Shown piece by piece: positions 20,301 through 29,642 of a DNA stretch of 64,000 bases. A program made the position numbers and the translations under genes. The notes beneath the pieces were generated by a model that was given only the letters and a program-made list of their open reading frames with translations, searched no databases and had not been told where the DNA came from. Origin of the DNA: a virus; the IMG/VR virus record IMGVR_UViG_3300012954_000007, one strand, 5' to 3'. Numbering within the stretch: the stretch's first letter is position 1; each line of letters opens with the position of its first letter.

Positions 20301-23300
20301 CTAGTGATACGGATGTATGGGCATTTTATGACACCACATCAATGGGTACTGCAGCAGCAAACGCAGCAAAAGTTTCTTTAAACAATTGGGTTAGTAGTTT
20401 AGGTCCTTCTTTTGCGGGTAATGTTTATCACACAGCAGTAGGTGGTGAAAGATGGTTAGATTGGGCATCCATACCTATAAGTGGTGGAAGTCCCTCATCT
20501 GGAAGTATAACAAATGGTGGAAATTGGGCCGGATTCAATGTTCTCCCCCCAAACATGATTAATGCTAATACATTCCCGTCAGGAATTAGTCCAAATGCTT
20601 TAGTTATAAATTTTATTGATGAAAGTTCTTCAGTATACTACACACCGGTTAACACCTATACTTGTACCTTAAATAATGGTAATACTAATTATCACGCTCC
20701 CGCAGGACAAGCTAGTGACTGGAACAATCAACCCACAGGTTCATATACCACTGACTTTAATCAGTTTATGTCAGCATTTAATGCTTACGACAACTTTCAA
20801 TCATTTATATACCCTATCGTTAAGACCGCAAGCAGCGTTGTATTGCAATTTCCATTACATGTTTACGGAGCATTAGAAACCTCCACTGTCTCACCTAGTG
20901 ATTTAGAGGTGAATCCTTCTATTTTAGTTGCTGGTGGTTCATTATCCGCAATTACAATAACTAACCCATATACTGGTTTAACAGGGACTAATAATGCTAC
21001 TGCTTATACGGGACCAGGATTGGAAAATTTCGGTTTTGGAGCTAATTATACTTTAGGTACTGACTGTAATGGTCTAGTTTGTGGGGACCCAGGATTAACA
21101 AATCTTAATTGTTTAAATATTAATGGTGAAGCATACAACCAATTTTTTAGAACAAGATTTCCACAAGACTTGTTCCAGTTCTTACAAGGGACGACTGCAA
21201 CCACATCTTTAAAAACTTGTGAAATATGTATACCAATATGTTATAATGATTCACAAGGAGACCTTTCCTCACCATATGATTCATCTTTATCTTACAATTA
21301 TGGAGATATAGTTTTATGGGCTGGAAATATATATGTTTGGTTAGGTGTTAATAATAGTTATACTGATATTCCAGACGTAGACGCTAATTGGTCTTTATTG
21401 GGTACCGCAGATTGTATACCTTTCTTAGGAGGTAATAATTTTAGACCACATGATGATTGTGATGATTTTACTGTAATACCTGAAAATCCAGAAGTTACTG
21501 GTACCACAATTACAACAAATCCAGAAATATTTAAAGACGCTATATTCAATGTGGGAGGACAAGACTGTTTCGACTCAACATATAATCCTTGTGAAGAATT
21601 AACTGACCCTTGTGGTTGTATAGCAACTTTTGGAGAATTTAACGTAGGTACTACACTTTTCAATGAGGGTGACGTGGTTTGTTGTCCTGAACTAGGTACA
21701 AAATGGATTGCTAGTCCATTAACAAACAACGGAATGGCATATAACCCTAATTGTTTCCCTGGTTTATTTCAAGGTGATTTATGTACGACCTTACCATCCG
21801 CTTCAAAATGTTGGGTTGAATGTAATTCTGAAAACGCAGGTATTGGAGCAACAAGTGGTGGAATAAAAGGTGAAAGTAAAGAAATGGTAAGAAGAAAAAC
21901 ACCTTCTATCATATCCAACTCACCTATAGACCCATGTGACCCAACTTATGAAAGTCCTAGTGACCCTTGTGCGTGTGAAGGAATAGGATTTAGAAATGTG
22001 GATTTAGATTTTTATTTATTAAGTGACTTAACTGAGGTACCAATTCCAATATTTCAATTTTATATGGATGAGGATGCAATCGACCCAGGTAATTGGACGA
22101 CACCGATATCTAATATTACAAAAAATCCACAAGTTTATAAAGCTAAAATAAATGCGTGTTGTCTAGGGGATAAGTTTACCCATTATTTTAGAGTATACCA
22201 TAGAACTGGTAATATACCTTTTGACCCTTCACAGATAAGTTATGGTACATATGAAATTGATTTAGATGTAAATCAAAATTGTAATATAGAATTTTATCAT
22301 GTCACTGCTGGTGACACTGTAAAAGTTTTCATGCATGTACCACAAGATACTATTACTAATAATGCCACTATTAATATAATTGATAATCCACTATTAGGGG
22401 TTCCCTTCCTAACTCAAAATCTGGGAGCTAGTAGCTACTTCAATAATACTAATGGTGATGGATTAGAAAGTTTAACTTTTCAAATAGGAAAAATAGACAC
22501 AACTTCAAATATCCATCAATTTTTCAAAGTAGATGATAGTAACTATTTAACAGATAATGGTACAAACTCAACTAATGAAGAAACTAATGATATTTTTGAT
22601 AGATATTGGGCTTTAGACCCATTTATAGGTGAACAACCATTATACGGTGCTTTAAGAAATATAGAATTACTAAATGTAACAGGAAATCAAGGTGCAAGTA
22701 TATCTTTCCTTGGTATACGTGATTACAGATTCAACTGGGAAATGGAGTTATCTTGTCAAGGACAACAAACTTTAGAACTTTCATTTACTCTTAATAATTT
22801 TAGTTCTTTACCTGGTAGTGGTAAAAATCCTGGTTCTGGAGGCGTATCAGAAGATAAAAAACCAGGAACAATTATAGGTACCCCACTTCAACCAGGTGTT
22901 GGGGGCAGTTCAAAATATGAAACAAGACGGAATGTGGGTAATCTAAGAGATGAATCACTTTTAGAAGAAGCCGCTCAAATTAATCGTATACCTGGTCCAT
23001 CTAAATTACCAGAACCTCCCCCAAAACCTACTATAGATGTACCTTTCACTGAAGTATGTGGAACCAATATGTCTTCACCTATAATTAATCAAAATGAAAG
23101 TGCATCAGGTAAAGTATCGTCAATTTCTAATATTCAAAATAGTGGTAACTTAACGGACGTTGCTGTTAGAAAAGCTATTTTAGATGTTAATGACGATATA
23201 GATATTAGAAACTACAAAGTAGTTAAGAGTGAAATGTTTATAGTAAGCAATACCAATCCACTTCAAAGTAGTAGAGTGGTAGAGTACAATTTACCTAAAC

Positions 23301-25783
23301 TTGCAAGAAACTTAAATGATGGTTTAACTTATGAAACATTTACAGATAATAATAGAAAACTTGCAAAATTACAATGGTTAGACAATTTAACTAAAGGAGG
23401 AAACACAAAAATAAATATAGAATTTGTAAGTGATGAAAATAAAAAGAGATTTGAACAAGATTTAAAATTAAAAAATGTAGGCCAAGGTGTGGAATACCTA
23501 CCTGGTTACGGTGAATCTAATACAGAATATTCTTCTACTGTTGGGAAAACTACTTTTATAGATTTAAGAGATTGGGCTTCTAGAAGTTTGGGTAACGTTA
23601 AAGACTTTTCTAATTCAAGAATAACATTTGGGAAAGATAACTTAGTAAAAGGATTTGAAATAGGTCCTACCTATACCACAGAAATAGCTAATTCACAATA
23701 TAAAATAGGGATTACACCTATTGGAGACCCATCCACCGAATTTATAATTTCTACTATGGGACCTTTAGATGAATTTTTAAATTATCAAACAGGAACTACG
23801 AGTAGTGCAATTACTCTAACCTTAAGTGGGTTGAGTAGTTTATATTCAGGATACACTAATTTAAGTGGTTATACAGATAATGAAGGATTAAATTTAAGTC
23901 CAGATTTTGTGTTTGATATATGTTTACTAGACGATAAAATGTCTTTGGAAAGTGGTATCGCTTTTTCCGACCCTACTTTTTCAGAAAAAAAGAAAGTGTC
24001 TAATATAATAACACAAGACTTTAAATTAATAGGTGATGAGAGAAGACTCAGACCAGTAATACCGCCTAAAACATTAAGTGAAGATAATAAATTATTTTTT
24101 ATACCTAGAGAAGAAGTTTCCACTACAGGTGATTATTTTTATTATAAAGTACCTAAAACCCAAAACTATAGACTACAATATAAAAGTTGTGTTTATTTTG
24201 AGTATTTTGATGAAGGGTGGTGCACATATTTGGACACTTATCGTACACAAAGTAATAATTTATTCCCAGTTAATGATTATGATTTTAAACAATTAATTAA
24301 TTCTAGTATTATATACGCTGGAGGTGACATAACTGCGGACCCTATCTACAATGAAGGTAATGTGGTGAATGACCGTTATGCGGAACTAGGGGTAACTAAT
24401 AATATAGCACCAGTATTCGGTTATAATTCAGGTAATGGGATACAAGACTTCAGTGTAAACGTATATATAGAAAGACAACTATCTGGAACTACCGCTACTA
24501 CAATTATAGGCAATTATAAAATAGCTAATAACCCAACCCAACACCCTGACGCTAATGAACACTTATTCTTACCTCTCAATGGTTCAGATAAATACACTAA
24601 TCTATATGAGTGTTCTGGATTAACAGCAACTACTAAAATTTTCGAGAAAAAGTTTACACCATATATTGATACTGGTTGTATAACTTTAAATAAGGATGAT
24701 GAAATTAGATTAAGAATAAAAATAGATTGGGAAAATACCACAAAAAACAATAGTACTTCTTTAGGTACTAGTGGTCTAACTGCATCTACAATATCTTTAA
24801 AAGTAGGAAGTGATTACAAATCTGAAGTACAAGAAAGACCTTGGTTTAGAGTAATAAATAAAGAATGTAATGTTCCTAACACAACAACTTATTTATATTG
24901 GCAAGCTAATGAAATAGGACCAGTAGGTACTAACCTATATTCTAAAGGTAAGTCAGTACAAGCCACACAAGGTAGTGAAATAGGTAAATTAATATTTACA
25001 GAAACTAAAGATAATTTAGACTATTCTCTACCAAATATTAGAGTTAATAATTTACAGAATTTAACTTACCTAGATACTCCAGATGTTAAAGACTATGTGG
25101 GGGACCTTAAATTAATTCCTACAAATAAAAAAACCAATAGATGGGTAGAAAGATTAGAAAGTAATAAAATAGAAGATTTTAAAATAACAGCTCCTAAAGT
25201 TATTGAAATAGGAAAAGACGTGGATGTTAAGTGGAATGTACCTGTTTCAGTAAAGGACAATATAGAAAGTATTAGTCTAGATGACCCTAAATATACATTT
25301 ATGGTAGAATCTACAGTTCAAGTTAAAGGAACTTTAAATACATTTACAATACTTAATACTTATAAACCAGATTTTAAATCTGATACTGTAAAAGACATCA
25401 AAGTGGATGTTGAAAGTCTAATCACACCGAGTAATATTACCTACACATCTTCTAGACCTTTAGAAGAAAGAACTATAGGCTTTGATGACAATAGAACTAT
25501 AATTAGAGATAAGATAGTAGCGGTAGAAAGTGCGATATATGATAAAAATACACCTACAGCTGATAAAGGAAGGACACAATACTGTAAGTGTGGTCAATCA
25601 TCTTATGTCTCAGTTCCAACTGATAGTACTATAGGGTGTGACCAGTGGTGTTGTACTAATAGTTATAATGACTCTACATACTATCCATGTAGAGAAAAAA
25701 CAATAAAAGAATGGTCAGAAGGACTTAACCTAAGTAGGGCAGTTTATTCTAAACCTACAAACGGAATAATAAGAGGATTATAA
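17333..25783 (+). CDS. Giant (2816 aa) modular baseplate/tail protein
   Basis: YLFKSKGTRRGIEFMLRFVG resembles the baseplate wedge/tail protein I (P2 gpI, T4 gp7-like) motif; internal vWA-like and CBM5/12-like modules. Confidence 0.8.
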   Translation: MAGIYNNSNSPIPGNGADFFGDKLVGNQFVDGVSQFTLGNFEIKSNISQKDSRDFSLGNFSEPISLETLNIKTSEEAKILASNRLEVFINYNRNKITNFTLYGSLRERLRVAVTNIIKTFPAAVVFKEIRTWLDYLSGETATNIIYDPNLDTTKLNLNVPNAYNPFNIEYSTNGNTYTDPNVSPLRNLTLEFKKYSLYYKNIEYPITFLKPTTGTTNTGIINLVVKGNPFSGLTNTSETFYLKPNTLTTEEVFDKMEDVEKFLVERKSKPLYTATFDQPKETSTGKIMKSSVSVTWPASDNWNLIIKGSTFLSYLDQLYDIADTYDSYKTNLISRFLTTAALKEFDTYDEKVDKILKIYGRSFDQIKKYIDGLAYMANVTYDGLDNIPNELLKNFATTLGWRTPSAIKNEGFLDTIFKRNTTVEYEGLDQNPTPAELDHELYRRLLANTAYLFKSKGTRRGIEFMLRFVGAPEALIEFNEHVYVAGQPLNMREFKDYELKISGGTYTEEVPVMDSYFSAATNTFPPIVITGYTFGYETVTKTTNIIPEVLPVDKDGYPTIPRYGADSYYQSGAGWFEETTEHQGKKVIDYETSVFTGNTPFVRTKLNQFSYGEPYLELYRKFPDSKLGFPIVRTVDNKKSWIKKDSYQQRYLNLPDRGTNYQTENDKLVINVKNVDIFLNIGQGLEWDVWNFSKKYSCPFGPNALGSPYPGVGGPDWTEIVADASKLSFFEFAQKFWTVLINVKNRQTIDDGHGGGYPTLLSIYLDYLKSDQTCGIPSNKYTYEKMIAYVENMGDYWVRLLEQLVPSTTIWQGGIKYENSIFHRYKYAYKHEPLCDDLECFGSFVHCCYPITHDILVDATLECGGLAFSGATWQNKITLGGTVYTGNTYYSSTTITDIPSTDIWLDDMVNILSGITADVSDPNSVLNYYLINDNNTPTGISIEQPNCIVIQGPCSGGTDAWNFNSGSDPHCFKSEICLTMETNQINPGVASDTDVWAFYDTTSMGTAAANAAKVSLNNWVSSLGPSFAGNVYHTAVGGERWLDWASIPISGGSPSSGSITNGGNWAGFNVLPPNMINANTFPSGISPNALVINFIDESSSVYYTPVNTYTCTLNNGNTNYHAPAGQASDWNNQPTGSYTTDFNQFMSAFNAYDNFQSFIYPIVKTASSVVLQFPLHVYGALETSTVSPSDLEVNPSILVAGGSLSAITITNPYTGLTGTNNATAYTGPGLENFGFGANYTLGTDCNGLVCGDPGLTNLNCLNINGEAYNQFFRTRFPQDLFQFLQGTTATTSLKTCEICIPICYNDSQGDLSSPYDSSLSYNYGDIVLWAGNIYVWLGVNNSYTDIPDVDANWSLLGTADCIPFLGGNNFRPHDDCDDFTVIPENPEVTGTTITTNPEIFKDAIFNVGGQDCFDSTYNPCEELTDPCGCIATFGEFNVGTTLFNEGDVVCCPELGTKWIASPLTNNGMAYNPNCFPGLFQGDLCTTLPSASKCWVECNSENAGIGATSGGIKGESKEMVRRKTPSIISNSPIDPCDPTYESPSDPCACEGIGFRNVDLDFYLLSDLTEVPIPIFQFYMDEDAIDPGNWTTPISNITKNPQVYKAKINACCLGDKFTHYFRVYHRTGNIPFDPSQISYGTYEIDLDVNQNCNIEFYHVTAGDTVKVFMHVPQDTITNNATINIIDNPLLGVPFLTQNLGASSYFNNTNGDGLESLTFQIGKIDTTSNIHQFFKVDDSNYLTDNGTNSTNEETNDIFDRYWALDPFIGEQPLYGALRNIELLNVTGNQGASISFLGIRDYRFNWEMELSCQGQQTLELSFTLNNFSSLPGSGKNPGSGGVSEDKKPGTIIGTPLQPGVGGSSKYETRRNVGNLRDESLLEEAAQINRIPGPSKLPEPPPKPTIDVPFTEVCGTNMSSPIINQNESASGKVSSISNIQNSGNLTDVAVRKAILDVNDDIDIRNYKVVKSEMFIVSNTNPLQSSRVVEYNLPKLARNLNDGLTYETFTDNNRKLAKLQWLDNLTKGGNTKINIEFVSDENKKRFEQDLKLKNVGQGVEYLPGYGESNTEYSSTVGKTTFIDLRDWASRSLGNVKDFSNSRITFGKDNLVKGFEIGPTYTTEIANSQYKIGITPIGDPSTEFIISTMGPLDEFLNYQTGTTSSAITLTLSGLSSLYSGYTNLSGYTDNEGLNLSPDFVFDICLLDDKMSLESGIAFSDPTFSEKKKVSNIITQDFKLIGDERRLRPVIPPKTLSEDNKLFFIPREEVSTTGDYFYYKVPKTQNYRLQYKSCVYFEYFDEGWCTYLDTYRTQSNNLFPVNDYDFKQLINSSIIYAGGDITADPIYNEGNVVNDRYAELGVTNNIAPVFGYNSGNGIQDFSVNVYIERQLSGTTATTIIGNYKIANNPTQHPDANEHLFLPLNGSDKYTNLYECSGLTATTKIFEKKFTPYIDTGCITLNKDDEIRLRIKIDWENTTKNNSTSLGTSGLTASTISLKVGSDYKSEVQERPWFRVINKECNVPNTTTYLYWQANEIGPVGTNLYSKGKSVQATQGSEIGKLIFTETKDNLDYSLPNIRVNNLQNLTYLDTPDVKDYVGDLKLIPTNKKTNRWVERLESNKIEDFKITAPKVIEIGKDVDVKWNVPVSVKDNIESISLDDPKYTFMVESTVQVKGTLNTFTILNTYKPDFKSDTVKDIKVDVESLITPSNITYTSSRPLEERTIGFDDNRTIIRDKIVAVESAIYDKNTPTADKGRTQYCKCGQSSYVSVPTDSTIGCDQWCCTNSYNDSTYYPCREKTIKEWSEGLNLSRAVYSKPTNGIIRGL

Positions 25784-25784
25784 A

Positions 25785-28700
25785 ATGAGTACTTATTTTA
25801 CTGATAATTTTGAATTAAATAAATGTGGTAGTTCCGCAAACCCTTTTTTGGTTAGTTGGGACCAAAGTAATTCAGTTGAAAATGCTGTTTCCACTTGTAG
25901 TGGTTCTATAACTAACTTGACTTTTTCTGGTGGAACACCACCATACAATTTTTCATTGACATATCCAGATGGTAGTGTTACCGCGAGTACTACTAACTTT
26001 ACAAATTTGTGTCCGGGACAATATACGGCTGTAACTAGTGACTCCCTATTTTCTTCAACTACAAGTTTTATAACTATTTTACCTTTAACTGCAGGTACAC
26101 TAACCGCAGGTATAGTAGAAAACGGGTGTGTAACCAATATTAATGAATTTTGTTCTTTGGAAGTAAGTGGATTTAGTCACTCTTCCAGTAATTTTACTTA
26201 CCTATTGTATAAAGACAATAATCTTCACGATGTGTACCAGGGAGTTACAGGTGAAGAAAATCATACATTTGGAGGACTAGAACATGGTAATTACACTTTA
26301 AGTGCTTATGATGGTAGTAGTGCACTTTATAAAAGTCAAAAAACAGAATTATGTAATTGTTTAGATGGATACACCCTAGACTCCTCCCAAGTTTTTGGAA
26401 ACGTGGGAATTACTTTTACAGGATTATCAGCAAACAATATAGTCCAAGATTGGAGAAGGTATAATTTATTCAATAGGTATTTTATTGTTTTTGCTGCTAC
26501 AGGTTCTTGGGGACCACATGGTTTTCCGCCATTTACCGCGAACCCAAACAATATAGTATTCGATACGGGTCTACAACCAGACGGTTCAGTAAAGGTGGAT
26601 GACCCATATGTTTGGCTTTACACGGGAGAAACATCTACTAGAAAAACTGAAAATACATTTGATTGGTATCTGGGTACCTATAATTTAGATATGGTAGACG
26701 GTGATAATGTGGGACCTGCGGGATACGCAACCGCAGGAGAGATAGGAGTTTTTTATTATAATACTGTGATAAATAAATTTGTAGTTAGATGGAGAGTTAC
26801 TGGAACAAATGTTTGGCTCACTATAAACCCGACAGTCAATCGAGGACAAAATGTGTACCCCATTTCTACTGTAGGTCAAGGACCATTGATAACTGGTTCA
26901 TCAGTATATAGAACCTTAACTGTGCCTAATAGTAATGTAGGTTATACTGTAACTGGAACAACAAATGATGTAGTACAATGGAATAATATTGCTACAGGAA
27001 CTGATGCTGTTGTTTTAGACTCAAATAGTGGCGTACCAATTTTATTAGCGAGTACTTGTAAATATCTAAACTACGTTCACCAGTTAAGTTTAGGTTCTAC
27101 AGATAGTGATGACGATACTATTGGAATAATATTAGCTACTTTTATAGATAAAGACGGTTTATATGGACCTAAAGGGAACCCCCAACAACTAACATTACAT
27201 TTTAATAACGCTAGTTTATTTGGTGATAATGTTACTGTTAATTATAATTCACAAGGTAATTCAGCTTATGCGTTTTCCGTAGATAATAGACAAACTGTAA
27301 ATTGTGGATATGAAACAATTAGTGGTTGTAGTTCACTAAATGGTCTTACTCCTATAACAGGAATTAGTACCACCGTTATTAGTAATAATATTGATAAATC
27401 TCCATTTAATTTAGGTGATTATAACAATTCAGGAACTACATTTGTAAGAATAGAACGTTCTGGAAATTTGGGTGAAAAATTTAATATAAAAATGACTGAT
27501 TTAATGGTAGCTGGAGATGTGGGCACACAAAAACCATTTAACAGCGATTATGAAATTAATTTTAATTTATTAGATAAAAACACTTGGGTAGGTAACAATA
27601 GAGCTGCTGAGTATTATGCGAAACAACAAGACCTTTATAAATTTTTAGGTTCACAAAGTATAGGGTATCACCAAACTTCACAAGAAGTAAGTTACTTTTA
27701 CAATATTGGGTTTACTGGTACACAAAGTAATTATTTATTCTCAACTTTAGAGTATGGTGGTAGTCAAACCTTACAATTTGAGTTAGGTAATCCCGCTTTT
27801 CAAGGAGTCCAAACTTCAACTAATAAGATAATTAATTATTATAATTCTTTAGGAAGTGGAGGACAAATAGGTAACCCTACAATACCAAGGGTAAGGCCTA
27901 GACCTAGTGTTAGTATGCAAACTACACAAATACCTATAATGGAAACTACTGGAGGTACTAAAATTAGTGCTTCTACTGAAAGTTATGTACTATATAAACC
28001 ATTAGATATTGAACCAGATGTTGAAGAACCTTGTGTTGAGTTTAATTTTACTTGGACTAAAAACACAACGGACCTTCTTAATGGAAATATGGTACCATAT
28101 TACTCTTTACACCCTTACATTCCCCAGGAAAGAGCATTTTCAAAATCACCATCATTAACAAGATTATTTGATAACCCACAAGGACGAACTTTAATACAAA
28201 CCCCTAATAATCAAGTAATAGGGGAAGGTTTAGAAGCTAGTGATTGTATAAAACTTAGTCAAATAGGTGCCGGTTCAGAATTTTTAATAAAACCAAATTA
28301 TGTATTTAAAGACAAATTAAAAAATTTAAAATCTACACCTTGTTATTGTGATGGTGAATCTTTAACAGGAACTACAACAGGTATTACAAAAACAGAAAAA
28401 TGGTATGATACCTTCGACCCAAACCCAGATTTAAAGATTGTGGGTAATAATGATTCTACTGGAATATTTAGTTGGGATAGTGACGGTCAAATAAATACTA
28501 GAGAATATGGTTTGTATGATAGTACAACAGATTTTTATTTTTTACGTACTCCAGAAATCGTACCACCTAATTTAGAAACTAATGATATATTATATGGTAT
28601 AACAGAAACCTGTGGAAAATTAGCCACTCAACAAGTAGAAGTCTCACCGATTTCTGGAACGACTGGAACCACTTCAGTACCATTTGTTGTATCTGGTACA

Positions 28701-29600
28701 CCATTTACAATCACCTTAGATTTTCCAGCTTCGGGACCACTACAAGTTACTTTAAATGGTTTAACTTTATTTGCTTCACAAGAATCTGATTTATCTGATG
28801 GGGGAGATTACTATTTTGACGGTACTTCACAGATAAAATTTAGAGTTGACATAATACAACCGTATGATTTAATAAACATTATATATGTTCCAGGAACTTT
28901 TGCGAGGTCATATTATTATGATAATTATGTTGTTCCTGCTACGATACCTAACACTAGTGGAGGAACAAGTGTTACAGGTAATACCTTATATACTAATGGA
29001 TTTTATTATTATTTTAAAACTACACACACCCCTATAGGAGCTGTGGGAATAACTTTAAATGGTACAGTTTTATCACCAGATAGTGACTATACATTAACTC
29101 AAAATAATATAATACAATTTACGGGGATACAATATCCTGATGGTTTAACTGAAAATGATGTTATTGGACAATTTTATTTCACTAAATTTAATTTGTTAGG
29201 TGCTGCAGGAGTTAAAAACCCACAAATAAATGTTATAGTGCCAATATCACAATATTACACAAATGAATTAATGTTAGTAGTTAGAGATAATAGTGGAACT
29301 ATAGTTTATACAGAAACTCAAATATGTGAACCAAACAGTGCTCCAACAATATTTGACACAATCAATCCAGACGTGGGAGATAGGCAGACAGGTGTGGAAA
29401 AAACCTTTACAGTAGAAGTACCAACCCCTGGTGAATTTAGTTATAATATATTTACAACTAGTATTTATACCTTAATTAATGGAGATACCATTAGTGATAC
29501 AATTACTTCAGAAACATATAATTTTTCTATTAGTGCAGCTATATTTTATGATGAAAGTAACGATACAACAATAAACACAACAACAAGTAGTGGATATTAA
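25785..29600 (+). CDS. Tail-cluster protein with SprB-like repeat and C-terminal duplicated 'V.LNG..L...DY...I.F' modules
   Basis: GSITNLTFSGGTPPYNFS...NLCPGQYTAVTSD; two LNGxxL..DY units near the C-terminus. Confidence 0.72.
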   Translation: MSTYFTDNFELNKCGSSANPFLVSWDQSNSVENAVSTCSGSITNLTFSGGTPPYNFSLTYPDGSVTASTTNFTNLCPGQYTAVTSDSLFSSTTSFITILPLTAGTLTAGIVENGCVTNINEFCSLEVSGFSHSSSNFTYLLYKDNNLHDVYQGVTGEENHTFGGLEHGNYTLSAYDGSSALYKSQKTELCNCLDGYTLDSSQVFGNVGITFTGLSANNIVQDWRRYNLFNRYFIVFAATGSWGPHGFPPFTANPNNIVFDTGLQPDGSVKVDDPYVWLYTGETSTRKTENTFDWYLGTYNLDMVDGDNVGPAGYATAGEIGVFYYNTVINKFVVRWRVTGTNVWLTINPTVNRGQNVYPISTVGQGPLITGSSVYRTLTVPNSNVGYTVTGTTNDVVQWNNIATGTDAVVLDSNSGVPILLASTCKYLNYVHQLSLGSTDSDDDTIGIILATFIDKDGLYGPKGNPQQLTLHFNNASLFGDNVTVNYNSQGNSAYAFSVDNRQTVNCGYETISGCSSLNGLTPITGISTTVISNNIDKSPFNLGDYNNSGTTFVRIERSGNLGEKFNIKMTDLMVAGDVGTQKPFNSDYEINFNLLDKNTWVGNNRAAEYYAKQQDLYKFLGSQSIGYHQTSQEVSYFYNIGFTGTQSNYLFSTLEYGGSQTLQFELGNPAFQGVQTSTNKIINYYNSLGSGGQIGNPTIPRVRPRPSVSMQTTQIPIMETTGGTKISASTESYVLYKPLDIEPDVEEPCVEFNFTWTKNTTDLLNGNMVPYYSLHPYIPQERAFSKSPSLTRLFDNPQGRTLIQTPNNQVIGEGLEASDCIKLSQIGAGSEFLIKPNYVFKDKLKNLKSTPCYCDGESLTGTTTGITKTEKWYDTFDPNPDLKIVGNNDSTGIFSWDSDGQINTREYGLYDSTTDFYFLRTPEIVPPNLETNDILYGITETCGKLATQQVEVSPISGTTGTTSVPFVVSGTPFTITLDFPASGPLQVTLNGLTLFASQESDLSDGGDYYFDGTSQIKFRVDIIQPYDLINIIYVPGTFARSYYYDNYVVPATIPNTSGGTSVTGNTLYTNGFYYYFKTTHTPIGAVGITLNGTVLSPDSDYTLTQNNIIQFTGIQYPDGLTENDVIGQFYFTKFNLLGAAGVKNPQINVIVPISQYYTNELMLVVRDNSGTIVYTETQICEPNSAPTIFDTINPDVGDRQTGVEKTFTVEVPTPGEFSYNIFTTSIYTLINGDTISDTITSETYNFSISAAIFYDESNDTTINTTTSSGY

Positions 29601-29621
29601 CATTAAAACCACTAACATTAA

Positions 29622-29633
29622 TATTTATAAATA
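29622..29633 (+). promoter_or_regulatory. Putative late promoter TATTTATA(AATA)
   Basis: Same 12-mer as at 3463, just upstream of the ATG at 29643. Confidence 0.55.
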
Positions 29634-29642
29634 AAAAAAACA

